From: Pseudomonadota bacterium
GTDB lineage: Bacteria; Pseudomonadota; Alphaproteobacteria; Caulobacterales; Caulobacteraceae
Assembly: GCA_048497915.1 (NCBI GenBank)
Contig: JBEHYZ010000003.1
Span: 4,299 to 68,298, forward strand
Direction of reading: 5' to 3'
Length of the DNA: 64,000 nucleotides
The notes below the pieces were generated by a model. The model had not been told where the DNA came from. It ran no database searches and was given only the letters and a program-made list of their open reading frames with translations. Shown here one piece after another: positions 32,371 through 41,663 of the stretch; within the stretch, counting starts at the first letter, position 1, and each line of letters begins with the position of its first letter. A program made the translations under genes and the position numbers.

Positions 32371-33015
32371 TTACCCCGCCCACATAAAATCAAAGCCGTG
32401 CAGGCGGTAGGCCAGTGAGTTCTCCTCGCCGTCGCGGTCGAGGCGATCGCCTTTCAGGCCGGCCAGCCACGGCAGGGCAGGGGCGACCTTACCATATTGC
32501 GTCGCCTGCTGGCTGCTGGTCACCGTCATGGCCTTGAACCGGACGCCGTCGCCGAGATGCTCGGGATCGACGGCCTCGACGGTTTTCGGATCACTCGGGT
32601 CGCGGAACCGGACCATCACCGGCAAGGCAATAGAAGCGATGGGCTGACGTCCGACCTGGGCTGTCAGCAGGTTGCGGACGAGGACATCATGCCCGGCCAG
32701 TTCCTTGCCGTCCGGTGTCCAGCCGTTCATCAGGACGAACACGGAACCGGAGGCGCCGAGATCGGCCCGCATGGCTTCGCCGCGCAGCGTGCACAGGCCC
32801 TTGCCGCGCATGTCCGCGACTCCGGGCGCGCAGTTATAGCCGTAAACCTGGGAGACCTTGACCGGTTTGCCGTTGACCTCGAATTCGGCGGTCAGCTGGT
32901 AGTGCGAAACATCGTCGCGGCGGACATGCGGATCAAGCAGGAAAAACCCGCCGATGGCCAGGGCCACAACCGCCACAATGACAAAGCCGATGTTCCGTTT
33001 CAGCAAAGAGATCAA
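32371..33015 (-). CDS. Hypothetical membrane-anchored protein
   Basis: N-terminal TM helix; LPVMVRFRDPSDPKTVEAVDP motif. Confidence 0.6.
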   Translation of the reverse strand: MISLLKRNIGFVIVAVVALAIGGFFLLDPHVRRDDVSHYQLTAEFEVNGKPVKVSQVYGYNCAPGVADMRGKGLCTLRGEAMRADLGASGSVFVLMNGWTPDGKELAGHDVLVRNLLTAQVGRQPIASIALPVMVRFRDPSDPKTVEAVDPEHLGDGVRFKAMTVTSSQQATQYGKVAPALPWLAGLKGDRLDRDGEENSLAYRLHGFDFMWAG

Positions 33016-33142
33016 ATTCTTGCTCCCGTTGTCCTGAAGTTTACCATAACAGCCTTGGCGCCATTTGCAAAATCATCGCACGGATGACGCATTTAAGGGT
33101 GCCGTGCAGCAAAGGCTTGCAGTTACGGCCTAACGGGATTAG

Positions 33143-34150
<1,008 letters not shown>

Positions 34151-34151
34151 A

Positions 34152-34260
34152 CCGTTCCGGTGGGCTGCAAAGTCCAGCCTTTCTGCGCTTCGCTGCTCAC
34201 GTTTAAGTACGCTCCGCTGCGAGGCTCGAAAGCCAGAACTTTTCGCCGCACCGGGCACGG
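34152..34260. repeat. Palindromic repeat, family B (RPE-like), copy 2
   Basis: Block-wise homologous to 9303-9421; the ends CCGTtCCGGTG / CACCGGgcACGG can pair. Confidence 0.75.
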
Positions 34261-34289
34261 CTTAGTGTTTAGGCGCATTAATAAGAAAG

Positions 34290-34319
34290 AGGCCGCTTGT
34301 GAAAACAGGCGGCTTTTTT
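34290..34319 (+). terminator. Rho-independent terminator after mdh
   Basis: GGCCGCTTGT-gaaa-ACAGGCGGCT followed by a T tract. Confidence 0.8.
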
Positions 34320-34391
34320 GTTGCGCTTGACGCCCGAAGGCTGCGGGCTTACCCCTTGAAGCAACGATAAAAAGAAATAACGGGGGGCGAA

Positions 34392-35369
34392 GTGCAGCGC
34401 CATTACAGCATCGATTATATTCGGGCGTTCTGTATCCTATACCTGATGGGATTCTGGCATCTGGCCGAATATACCGGGATACCGCATGACGATTACAACA
34501 CCCTGATCACGCGCCGGGTCGTGACCGTGGTTCTGGGGTTGATGGTGCTGATCTCAGGCTTCCTGTGCGGCCGGTCGCGCATAGACGGCGTGAAGGATCT
34601 GCTGACCTATTACTGGGGCCGGTTCTGGCGGCTGTATCCACCGTTTCTGGCCGCCAGCGGGCTGTTCTACATCTTCAAGATCGACCGGCCGGAGCGGCTG
34701 CTGCACAGCATCGAGCTGGTCGGCATGTTCACCAAGGATTTCGCCCGCACCCTGTGGTTCGTCAATCTGCTGGTGCTGTTCTACTTTGCGGCGCCGCTGT
34801 TCCTGTGGACGCGCAAAAGGCTGTGGTTGTGCCTGGGGATGCTTGGTCTGGCGCTGGGTGGCGTCATTACCTACGATCAGCTGACGCACCATCTCGACCT
34901 GCGCGTGATCATCTATCTGCCGTGCTTCGTCACAGGCATCCTGCTGGCGCAGAAGACCCCGAAATTGACGTGGAGCCTGACAGCGGTGCTTACGGTCCTG
35001 CTGGGTGGCGCAATCTGGCTGACCCAGTCGATCAGCTACGAAGACCTGCGCGACAGCCCGTTGCAGATGCCGATGGCGGTGGTGGCCAGCCTGCTGATTT
35101 TCCTGCTGGCATTCCGGTTCCTCGATCGGTTGAAGACGCCGAAGCTCATCGCCGTCGTCAGCTATGCCAGCTATTTCATGTACCTGTTCCACCGGCCGCT
35201 CTATCGCCATGCCGAGCCGTTGGTGAAGGGGTTTGACGTGCCGGTGCGTACGGCGCTGCTGGTTTGTGTTGCCGTGCCGTTGCTGATCGTCCTCGCCTAC
35301 GGTCTGCAAAAAGCCTATGATGTGCTGATCAAGGGGCTGGTGCCGAAAAAGTCCGTCGCCGAAGCCTGA
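34392..35369 (+). CDS. Acyltransferase family 3 membrane protein
   Basis: IDYIRAF, LISGF, RFWRLYPPF, TLWFV and SYFMYLFH; multiple TM helices. Confidence 0.85.
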   Translation: MQRHYSIDYIRAFCILYLMGFWHLAEYTGIPHDDYNTLITRRVVTVVLGLMVLISGFLCGRSRIDGVKDLLTYYWGRFWRLYPPFLAASGLFYIFKIDRPERLLHSIELVGMFTKDFARTLWFVNLLVLFYFAAPLFLWTRKRLWLCLGMLGLALGGVITYDQLTHHLDLRVIIYLPCFVTGILLAQKTPKLTWSLTAVLTVLLGGAIWLTQSISYEDLRDSPLQMPMAVVASLLIFLLAFRFLDRLKTPKLIAVVSYASYFMYLFHRPLYRHAEPLVKGFDVPVRTALLVCVAVPLLIVLAYGLQKAYDVLIKGLVPKKSVAEA

Positions 35370-35381
35370 CAGGAGATCTCC

Positions 35382-35684
35382 ATGCGCCACAGCCGCGTTT
35401 ATTTGCTTCTGGGTTTGGGGGCGCTTTTGCTGCTGACCGCCTGTGCTGAAAGGCCGATGGGCCATCCTGGCGATCCGGCGTTCGTGCGCGGTCTGATCGA
35501 TGGCCTGCTGGCGCCGATCACCTTCGTGCTCAGTCTGTTTTCCGACACCATCCGCATGTATGCCTATCCGAACATCGGCCGCTGGTATGACCTTGGCTTC
35601 CTGATCGGCATCGGCGCCTGGGGCGGCGGTGGCGGTACGGCCGTACGATATGTCTATGTCGACCGGCGCCGGGGCGACGATTAG
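35382..35684 (+). CDS. Small conserved-hypothetical lipoprotein/membrane protein
   Basis: Lipobox LTAC; NIGRWYDLGFLIG; AGGAG RBS. Confidence 0.7.
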   Translation: MRHSRVYLLLGLGALLLLTACAERPMGHPGDPAFVRGLIDGLLAPITFVLSLFSDTIRMYAYPNIGRWYDLGFLIGIGAWGGGGGTAVRYVYVDRRRGDD

Positions 35685-35686
35685 GC

Positions 35687-36259
35687 ATGGACCAGGTTCG
35701 CCCTGCAGCTGCCCTCGGTCCGGTCATTGAGACGCCGCGCCTGATCCTGCGTCCGCCGGTGGCCGAAGACTTCGACGGCTTCTGCGCCTTTCATGCCGAC
35801 GAAGACGTCATGCGCCATCTCGGCGGTGTGCAATCGCCGGCTATAGTCTGGCGTAATATGCGTACGATGGCAGGCGCCTGGGCGCTGGATGGCTTTTCTA
35901 TGTTCTCGGTGATCGAGAAGGCTTCCGGCGAATGGATCGGTCGTATCGGGCCGATCTACCCGCATCTTTGGCCGGATCGCGAGGTCGGCTGGGGCCTGCG
36001 GTCGCCTTACTGGGGCAAGGGGTACGCAAAAGAGGCTGCCATCGCCACTATGGATTTTGCCTTCGACCGTTTGGGCTGGGACGAGGTCATCCATACCATC
36101 GCGCCGGATAATCATGCGTCGGCCGGTGTGGCCCTGAAGTTGGGCTCGACCCGGCGTGGGCCGGGGCAGTTGCCCGACCCTTATGCGCATGAGGCGGTCG
36201 ATATCTGGGGCCAGACGCGGGCCGAGTGGCAATCTAACCGGCTGAAATTACAGCCGTAA
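35687..36259 (+). CDS. GNAT N-acetyltransferase (RimJ/RimL-like)
   Basis: IETPRLILR, EVGW, WGKGYAKEAA and DNHASAGVALKLG. Confidence 0.9.
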   Translation: MDQVRPAAALGPVIETPRLILRPPVAEDFDGFCAFHADEDVMRHLGGVQSPAIVWRNMRTMAGAWALDGFSMFSVIEKASGEWIGRIGPIYPHLWPDREVGWGLRSPYWGKGYAKEAAIATMDFAFDRLGWDEVIHTIAPDNHASAGVALKLGSTRRGPGQLPDPYAHEAVDIWGQTRAEWQSNRLKLQP

Positions 36260-36291
36260 TTTTCCCACATCGTTTTTTGATTTTTTGACGC

Positions 36292-36352
36292 TTGACATTG
36301 GCCAGCTTCGCGGCGTATTTAACCAATAAGTTATTTAACTAGATTGTTAAAT
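36292..36352 (+). promoter_or_regulatory. Promoter with tandem ArsR operator
   Basis: TTGACA at 36292-36297. Overlapping palindromes ATTTAAC-N6-GTTATTT (36317-36336) and the perfect ATTTAAC-N6-GTTAAAT (36333-36352). Confidence 0.75.
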
Positions 36353-36365
36353 GGAGTGCCCTCAA

Positions 36366-36701
36366 GTGACCGACCCCCTGAGCCTGACGATGAACGCCCT
36401 GGCCGATCCGACGCGGCGTGCGATTCTGGCACGGCTGTCGCGAGGGGAAACGACGGTCAATGAGCTGGCCGAACCGTTCGACATGAGCCTGCCGGCCGTT
36501 TCCAAGCATCTGAAAGTGCTGGAGAAAGCCGGGCTGATCTCGCGGTCGCGCGAAAAGCAGTGGCGGCCGTGCAAGCTCGAGCCGGAGCCGCTCAAGGCCG
36601 TCGACGCCTGGCTCGGTGAGTACCGCAAGATGTGGGAGGAGCGCCTCGATCGTCTCGACGCCTACCTCAAGACCCTCAAGCCCGACGGGGAGATTCACTG
36701 A
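36366..36701 (+). CDS. ArsR/SmtB family transcriptional repressor
   Basis: ALADPTRRAILARL and ELAEPFDMSLPAVSKHLKVLEKAGLI; C-terminal WEERLDRLDAYL; GTG start after GGAG. Confidence 0.92.
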   Translation: MTDPLSLTMNALADPTRRAILARLSRGETTVNELAEPFDMSLPAVSKHLKVLEKAGLISRSREKQWRPCKLEPEPLKAVDAWLGEYRKMWEERLDRLDAYLKTLKPDGEIH

Positions 36702-37135
36702 TGGATGGTTTGCGTTTGACCAGCACGCGCCGGATTGCCGCCACGCCGGCGGCTATCTGGGCAGCCTATGCCGATCCGGAGCGGCTGGCGCAGTGGTGGG
36801 GTCCTAAAGGGTTCCGCAACACGTTCAACAGCTTTGATTTCCGGCCGGGCGGCACCTGGACCTATGTGATGCACGGTCCGGATGGTGGCGATTTCGACGG
36901 CCACCGCACCTTCCTGGAGGTGGTCGAGCCCGAGCGCATCGTCATGCGCCATACCGGTTCGATGCACAATTTCCTGATGACGGTGATCCTCGATGCGGCC
37001 GGTGGCGAAACGGATATGACCTGGGTGCTCGATTTTGATCCCGATCCGCACACCCATCAGCTCAGGGACATCATTCTCGCCGCCAACGAGGAAAATTTCG
37101 ACCGGCTGGCCGACCATCTGGCAACGGCCAAGTAA
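36701..37135 (+). CDS. SRPBCC/AHSA1 (CalC-like) domain protein 1
   Basis: TGATG coupling to ArsR; DPERLAQWWGP, DFRPGG, EVVEPERIV and FDRLADHL. Confidence 0.88.
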   Translation: MDGLRLTSTRRIAATPAAIWAAYADPERLAQWWGPKGFRNTFNSFDFRPGGTWTYVMHGPDGGDFDGHRTFLEVVEPERIVMRHTGSMHNFLMTVILDAAGGETDMTWVLDFDPDPHTHQLRDIILAANEENFDRLADHLATAK

Positions 37136-37148
37136 GGGGAGGCGGCAG

Positions 37149-37235
37149 ATGTGGCTGCTCTGGCATGAATTCTGGGAAACCGCCCTCGACCGCCTCGAAC
37201 TCTACCTGAATAAACTACAAGGCAAGAAGGACTAG
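37149..37235 (+). other. 28-aa micro-ORF, or remnant of an ArsR C-terminal helix
   Basis: MWLLWHEFWETALDRLELYLNKLQGKKD, preceded by GGGGAGG; aligns to ArsR WLGEYRKMWEERLDRLDAYLKTLK. Confidence 0.5.
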
Positions 37236-37239
37236 ACCG

Positions 37240-37764
37240 ATGACCGCGACGCTTGAAAATCCTGGCCATACCGCTGAAACCTTTACCATCAGCCGCGCCT
37301 ACGACGCACCGCGCGACCTGGTGTGGGCGGTGCTGACGCAGCCCGAACATCTGGGCAACTGGTGGGGTTCGCCCGGTACGACCTGTGTGCGGGCGGATAT
37401 GGATATGCGCCCCGGCGGCTATTTCCACTATGCGCTGCAGGCCGAGGACGGCTCGCTGATCTGGGGCAAGTGGGCCATTACCGAGGTCATACCGCCGGAA
37501 CTACTCGCCGCCATCACGTCGTTCTCCGACGAAAACCGCGGTACGACCCGCCATCCGATGGCGCCGGACTGGCCGCTGGAGATGTATTCTGAAATGCGGT
37601 TGTCGGAAAATTCGGGTAAGACCACGCTGACCGTCCACTGGACACCGTACAACGCCACCGAGTCCGAACGTGCCGTCTTCGGCGCCTCGCACGACAGCAT
37701 GAACGGCGGCTGGGGCGTCACCCTCGGCAACCTGCACGACTACCTCGCCACGCTCACAAACTGA
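37240..37764 (+). CDS. SRPBCC/AHSA1 domain protein 2
   Basis: ISRAYDAPRDLVW, HLGNWWG, DMRPGG, RHPMAPDWP and GWGVTLGNL. Confidence 0.9.
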   Translation: MTATLENPGHTAETFTISRAYDAPRDLVWAVLTQPEHLGNWWGSPGTTCVRADMDMRPGGYFHYALQAEDGSLIWGKWAITEVIPPELLAAITSFSDENRGTTRHPMAPDWPLEMYSEMRLSENSGKTTLTVHWTPYNATESERAVFGASHDSMNGGWGVTLGNLHDYLATLTN

Positions 37765-37823
37765 TGCTTTTCCGCGCCCCCTGGTTCAATATCCATTCCA
37801 GATGCGCTCAAGGGACCCTGACC

Positions 37824-38345
37824 ATGACGACAGCCAACGACCAGCCCGCCTCCGAAGCCGAGGTTTTCACCATCACCCGCACCTTCGACGCGCCGATCGA
37901 CCTGTTCTGGGACGTCTGGACGAAGGCCGAGCACCTGTCGTCATTCTTCGGCCCGCCGGGAACCACGGTCCAGGTCAAGTCGCTCGACCTCACGCCTGGC
38001 GGTGTCTTTCTTTATGGCATGGGCATGCCGGGCATGACCATGTGGGGCAAGTGGGTGTTCCGCGAGATCGTCAGGCCGAACCGGTTGTCCTATGTCGTCT
38101 CGTTCTGCAATGAGCAGGGCGTGCCGACGCGCCACCCGATGGCGCCGATGTGGCCACTCGAAGTGCTGGCGGTCATGACCATGATCGAAAGCAACGGCAA
38201 GACCACCATGGAAAGCCGCTCGTGGCCGATCAACGCTACCGCTGAAGAACGTGCCGTCTTCCAGGCCGGCCATGCCTCGATGCAGATGGGCTTCTCCGGC
38301 ACGATGATGGCCCTCGAAGCCTATCTGGCCAAGCTCAAGAAGTAA
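37824..38345 (+). CDS. SRPBCC/AHSA1 domain protein 3
   Basis: ITRTFDAPIDLFW, DLTPGG and RHPMAPMWP; close paralogue of protein 2. Confidence 0.9.
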   Translation: MTTANDQPASEAEVFTITRTFDAPIDLFWDVWTKAEHLSSFFGPPGTTVQVKSLDLTPGGVFLYGMGMPGMTMWGKWVFREIVRPNRLSYVVSFCNEQGVPTRHPMAPMWPLEVLAVMTMIESNGKTTMESRSWPINATAEERAVFQAGHASMQMGFSGTMMALEAYLAKLKK

Positions 38346-38356
38346 GGAAACCCGCC

Positions 38357-39046
38357 ATGAAATCGCTATTGCTGCTATCCGCCGCGGTCATCGCGGCGAC
38401 GAGCCTCAGCGCGTGCTCGAAACCGGCCGCGCAACAGGCTTCCGCCGAACAGCTGCTGGCCGAGAAATTTCCGGCCCCTTCGGTCGAAGGCTTGCCCGCC
38501 GGTGAATACAAGCTCGATCCGATGCATTCATCGCTGACCTTCAAGCTCAACCACATGGGTTTCTCGCACTACACGGCGCGTTTCGCCAAGATCGACGCCG
38601 CCATGAAGCTCGATCCGGCCCATCCGGAAAAGGCCCAGATCGCCGCCCAGGTCGATCCGCAGTCGCTGGAGCTGAACGCCCCGCCAGCCGGATTCCATGA
38701 CGATCTCATGGGCAAGACCTGGTTCGATGCGGCTGCCCATCCGATGATCAACTTCGTGTCGCAGAGCGTTGAGAAGACCGGCGCTAATACGGCCCACGTC
38801 AACGGCCTGCTGACCATCAAGGGCATCACCAAGCCGGCGACGCTCGATGTCACCTTTAACGGCGGCTATCCCGGCATGGACCTCGATCCGACCGCCCGCA
38901 TCGGCTTCACCGCCACGGGCAATTTCAAACGCAGCGACTTCGGCATGGGCTTCGGCCTGCCGCCGGCGAATTCGCACATGGGCGTGTCCGACACCGTCGC
39001 CTTCGTCATCGACGCCGAGTTCATCGGACCTGCTTTCAAAAAGTAA
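38357..39046 (+). CDS. YceI-family (lipid/polyisoprenoid-binding) lipoprotein
   Basis: Lipobox LSAC; YKLDPMHS, HMGFS, LTIKGITKP and GFTATGNFKRSDFGM. Confidence 0.9.
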   Translation: MKSLLLLSAAVIAATSLSACSKPAAQQASAEQLLAEKFPAPSVEGLPAGEYKLDPMHSSLTFKLNHMGFSHYTARFAKIDAAMKLDPAHPEKAQIAAQVDPQSLELNAPPAGFHDDLMGKTWFDAAAHPMINFVSQSVEKTGANTAHVNGLLTIKGITKPATLDVTFNGGYPGMDLDPTARIGFTATGNFKRSDFGMGFGLPPANSHMGVSDTVAFVIDAEFIGPAFKK

Positions 39047-39082
39047 TGGCTTTCAAAAAGTAACGGCCTTCAAGAAATAGGA
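39032..39082 (+). repeat. Three tandem 17-bp copies of the yceI 3' end
   Basis: GCTTTCAAAAAGTAATG / GCTTTCAAAAAGTAACG / GCCTTCAAGAAATAGGA; each reads Ala-Phe-Lys-Lys-stop. Confidence 0.85.
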
Positions 39083-39091
39083 GATGTCCTC

Positions 39092-39568
39092 ATGACCTAT
39101 TCGACCCACTTCAATACCTTCACGATCGAGCGCGATATCGCTGCCGGTCCGGCCCTAACCTACCTGGCCTTCTCGACGGCGGAGGGCAAAAGTGCCTGGT
39201 TCGTTGGCCCCAGCGACTGGACACCGCTCATCCGCGAATTCGATTTCCGCGAAGGTGGCTCCGAGCGCGTCAAGGGGAAGTTCGGTACCGGCAAGATCAG
39301 CGATTTCCAGTGCCGCTATCACGACATTGTGCCGGAAAAGCGCATCACGTACACCTATGATATGTTTGTCGACGACAAGCGCATCTCAGTATCATTGGCG
39401 ACCATCGAACTACTGCCATCTTCCAGCGGTACCCTGCTTAAGGTGACGGAGCAACTGGTTCATTTCGACGGCTATCCGACGCCGGAAGACCGTGAAGTCG
39501 GCACGCGCTATCTGATCGAGATGGCGGCGAATTATATCGAATCGCAGGCGGCCAAGGTCGCTGTTTAA
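39092..39568 (+). CDS. SRPBCC/AHSA1 domain protein 4
   Basis: TFTIER, AWF, FDFREGG, YHDIVPEKRI, SVSLATIEL and TEQ. Confidence 0.88.
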   Translation: MTYSTHFNTFTIERDIAAGPALTYLAFSTAEGKSAWFVGPSDWTPLIREFDFREGGSERVKGKFGTGKISDFQCRYHDIVPEKRITYTYDMFVDDKRISVSLATIELLPSSSGTLLKVTEQLVHFDGYPTPEDREVGTRYLIEMAANYIESQAAKVAV

Positions 39569-39583
39569 GAGAGGAAAATTCCA

Positions 39584-39994
39584 ATGCAAATCAGCCCCTA
39601 TCTCAACTTCGCTGGCACCTGCGCTGAAGCCTTCGCCGCTTATGAAACCATCTTCGGTGGCAAGATCACCTTTTCGCAAAACCATGGCGATACGCCGATG
39701 AAGGACATGGTTTCCGAAGGCTGGCAGAACAAGGTCATGCACGCCACCATCCAGATCGGCGACCAGGTGATCATGGGCTCCGATGCGCCGCCGGAACGCT
39801 ACAACGCGCCGCAGGGTTTCTTCGTCAGCTATGGCACCACAGATGTCGCCGCTTCGGAGCGTATCTACGCGGCGCTGGCTGACGGTGGCGTCGAAGTCAT
39901 GCCGTTGCAGGCGACCTTCTGGGCGGAACGCTTCGGTATGGTCATCGACAAGTTCGGCATCCCATGGATGATCAATTGCGAAAAGCCGGCGTGA
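39584..39994 (+). CDS. VOC family protein, PhnB/YjdN-like
   Basis: PYLNFAGTCAEA, VMHA, MGSD and MPLQATFWAERFGMVIDKFGIPWMIN. Confidence 0.9.
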   Translation: MQISPYLNFAGTCAEAFAAYETIFGGKITFSQNHGDTPMKDMVSEGWQNKVMHATIQIGDQVIMGSDAPPERYNAPQGFFVSYGTTDVAASERIYAALADGGVEVMPLQATFWAERFGMVIDKFGIPWMINCEKPA

Positions 39995-39999
39995 AGGCC

Positions 40000-40473
40000 A
40001 TGACTGAACGCAAAACCAACCACCAGACCTTTACGATCACACGGGAATTCGACCATCCGCCGTCATTGGTCTTCTTCGCCTTCTCCAACCTGGAGGCCAA
40101 GAACGTCTGGTTCAGCGGTCCGGAAGACTGGGACCGGGGTGAATCCAGCCTCGATTTCCGCGTCGGCGGCCGCGAGAAAAACTCCGGCGGGCCGAAAGGG
40201 CAATGGACATCGACCTACGATTCCGAATTCCTTGAGATCGTGCCGGATGAGCGCATCATCAACGCCTTCATGATGTATATCGATGGCAAACCGCTGACCG
40301 CTTCGCTGGCGACTACCGAGTTCAAGGCGACGGCCAGGGGTACCAAGCTGGTCTTCACGGAACAGATTGTTTTTTTAGATGGCTCGGATCATCTGGAAGA
40401 CCGCATCCGTGGCACCGAGGACATGTTCGACGCCCTCGAAAAATATATCAACCGGACCTACGCCGCCGTTTGA
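40000..40473 (+). CDS. SRPBCC/AHSA1 domain protein 5
   Basis: HQTFTITR, VWF, LDFRVGG, EIVPDERI and SLATTEF; paralogue of protein 4. Confidence 0.88.
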   Translation: MTERKTNHQTFTITREFDHPPSLVFFAFSNLEAKNVWFSGPEDWDRGESSLDFRVGGREKNSGGPKGQWTSTYDSEFLEIVPDERIINAFMMYIDGKPLTASLATTEFKATARGTKLVFTEQIVFLDGSDHLEDRIRGTEDMFDALEKYINRTYAAV

Positions 40474-40483
40474 ATTTTTTATC

Positions 40484-40533
40484 TGTCGCGTTTCTTACCC
40501 GAAAAGCGCTGCACACTTTTCGGAAAGCGCTTA
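40484..40533. repeat. Palindromic repeat, family A, copy 2 (inside the SRPBCC operon)
   Basis: TGTCGCGTTTC...CCGAAAAG...CACACTTTTCGGAAAGCGCTTA, homologous to 6036-6090. Confidence 0.7.
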
Positions 40534-40543
40534 GGAGATCGTT

Positions 40544-41074
40544 ATGGCCGACACTGCTGTTGCCAAGAAAGACCTGTCCATCGTCCTGACGCGCGATTTC
40601 GAAGCGCCGGTCGCCCTGGTCTATGCCTGCTGGACCGACCCGCAGTTTCTGGCGCAGTGGTGGGGGCCGCACGGTATGAAGGCGTCGGCCGAGATGGAGG
40701 TGCGCGCCGGCGGCAAGTTCAATATCGTCATGCACGCCTCCAACGGTGAAGACTATCCGCTGACCGGCGAGTTCCTCAGCGTGATCGAGGAACGCAGCCT
40801 GGTCATGGAAATGCACCTCGATGACCATCCGGCGAACTGGCACGATTACCTGGCCGAGGCCTTCCGCAAGGCCGGTGGCGACGAGGACACCCTGCCGTCG
40901 CTGACGGTGGTGACAAAGGTCGGATTCCTGGCGCTGTCGGCCGACCGGACCCGGCTAACGGTCGAGCAGGTGTTCGCCACGGCGGCCGAGCGTGACGCCT
41001 TTGCCGACATGGGCAGTGCCCAGGGCTGGGGCCAGAGCTTCGAGAAGCTCGATGCCCTGCTGGAGCGTCAATAG
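40544..41074 (+). CDS. SRPBCC/AHSA1 domain protein 6
   Basis: LTRDFEAPVALVY, WTDP-(x)-LAQWWGP, EVRAGG and GWGQSFEKL. Confidence 0.9.
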   Translation: MADTAVAKKDLSIVLTRDFEAPVALVYACWTDPQFLAQWWGPHGMKASAEMEVRAGGKFNIVMHASNGEDYPLTGEFLSVIEERSLVMEMHLDDHPANWHDYLAEAFRKAGGDEDTLPSLTVVTKVGFLALSADRTRLTVEQVFATAAERDAFADMGSAQGWGQSFEKLDALLERQ

Positions 41075-41464
41075 ATGCCGCGCGCCGACGGTCCGTTCGA
41101 GGTCAAGCGCACGCCAGAAACCGTCCATGCGGCGGCCGACGGGCAGCTGGGCCGTCACAGTCTCGCCAAGACCTTTCACGGCGGGCTTGAGGGCACGTCG
41201 GTTGGCGAAATGCTGAGCGCGGGCTCGACGACGCCCGGTTCAGCCGGCTATGTCGCCATCGAGACGGTGACCGGCAGCCTCGACGGCAAGGTGGGCAGTT
41301 TCCGCTTGCAGCACAACGGGATACTTACGCGCGGCGAGGGCAGCCTGCACATCCAGGTGATCCCGGATTCCGGCACCGAAGCGCTGACGGGCCTGAGTGG
41401 CACGATGCAGATCGTCATCGCTGAGGGCGGTGCGCACAGCTATATTTTTGATTACGATCTGTAG
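41075..41464 (+). CDS. DUF3224-like beta-barrel protein
   Basis: KTFHGGLEG, SAGYVAIE-(x)-GSF-(x)-LQH and VIPDSGT-(x)-LTGLSG; abuts the stop of SRPBCC 6. Confidence 0.8.
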   Translation: MPRADGPFEVKRTPETVHAAADGQLGRHSLAKTFHGGLEGTSVGEMLSAGSTTPGSAGYVAIETVTGSLDGKVGSFRLQHNGILTRGEGSLHIQVIPDSGTEALTGLSGTMQIVIAEGGAHSYIFDYDL

Positions 41465-41581
41465 TCAGACTCACGCCGGTTCACGAATTCAACCGAAAAG
41501 CGTGAGCCTATTCTGACGTCGATGTGAACCGAGTTTAATTGTGACAGTCGCTCAGAGATGAAAGCATAGGGCATCTTTGAC

Positions 41582-41639
41582 GCCTCATGTTTCCCAAAAA
41601 GTGCTTATCGACATTTCGCGCCACTTTTTGGCATAAGGC
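41582..41639. repeat. Imperfect inverted repeat related to family A
   Basis: GCCTCATG..CCAAAAAGTG-(18 nt)-CACTTTTTGG-CATAAGGC. Confidence 0.55.
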
Positions 41640-41663
41640 TTTATCCAACGGAGTCCCTTCGCC

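Noticed and set aside
39032-39082. Short direct repeats as a possible mini-CRISPR
   Set aside because: The 17-bp units are contiguous with no spacers, and there are no cas genes.
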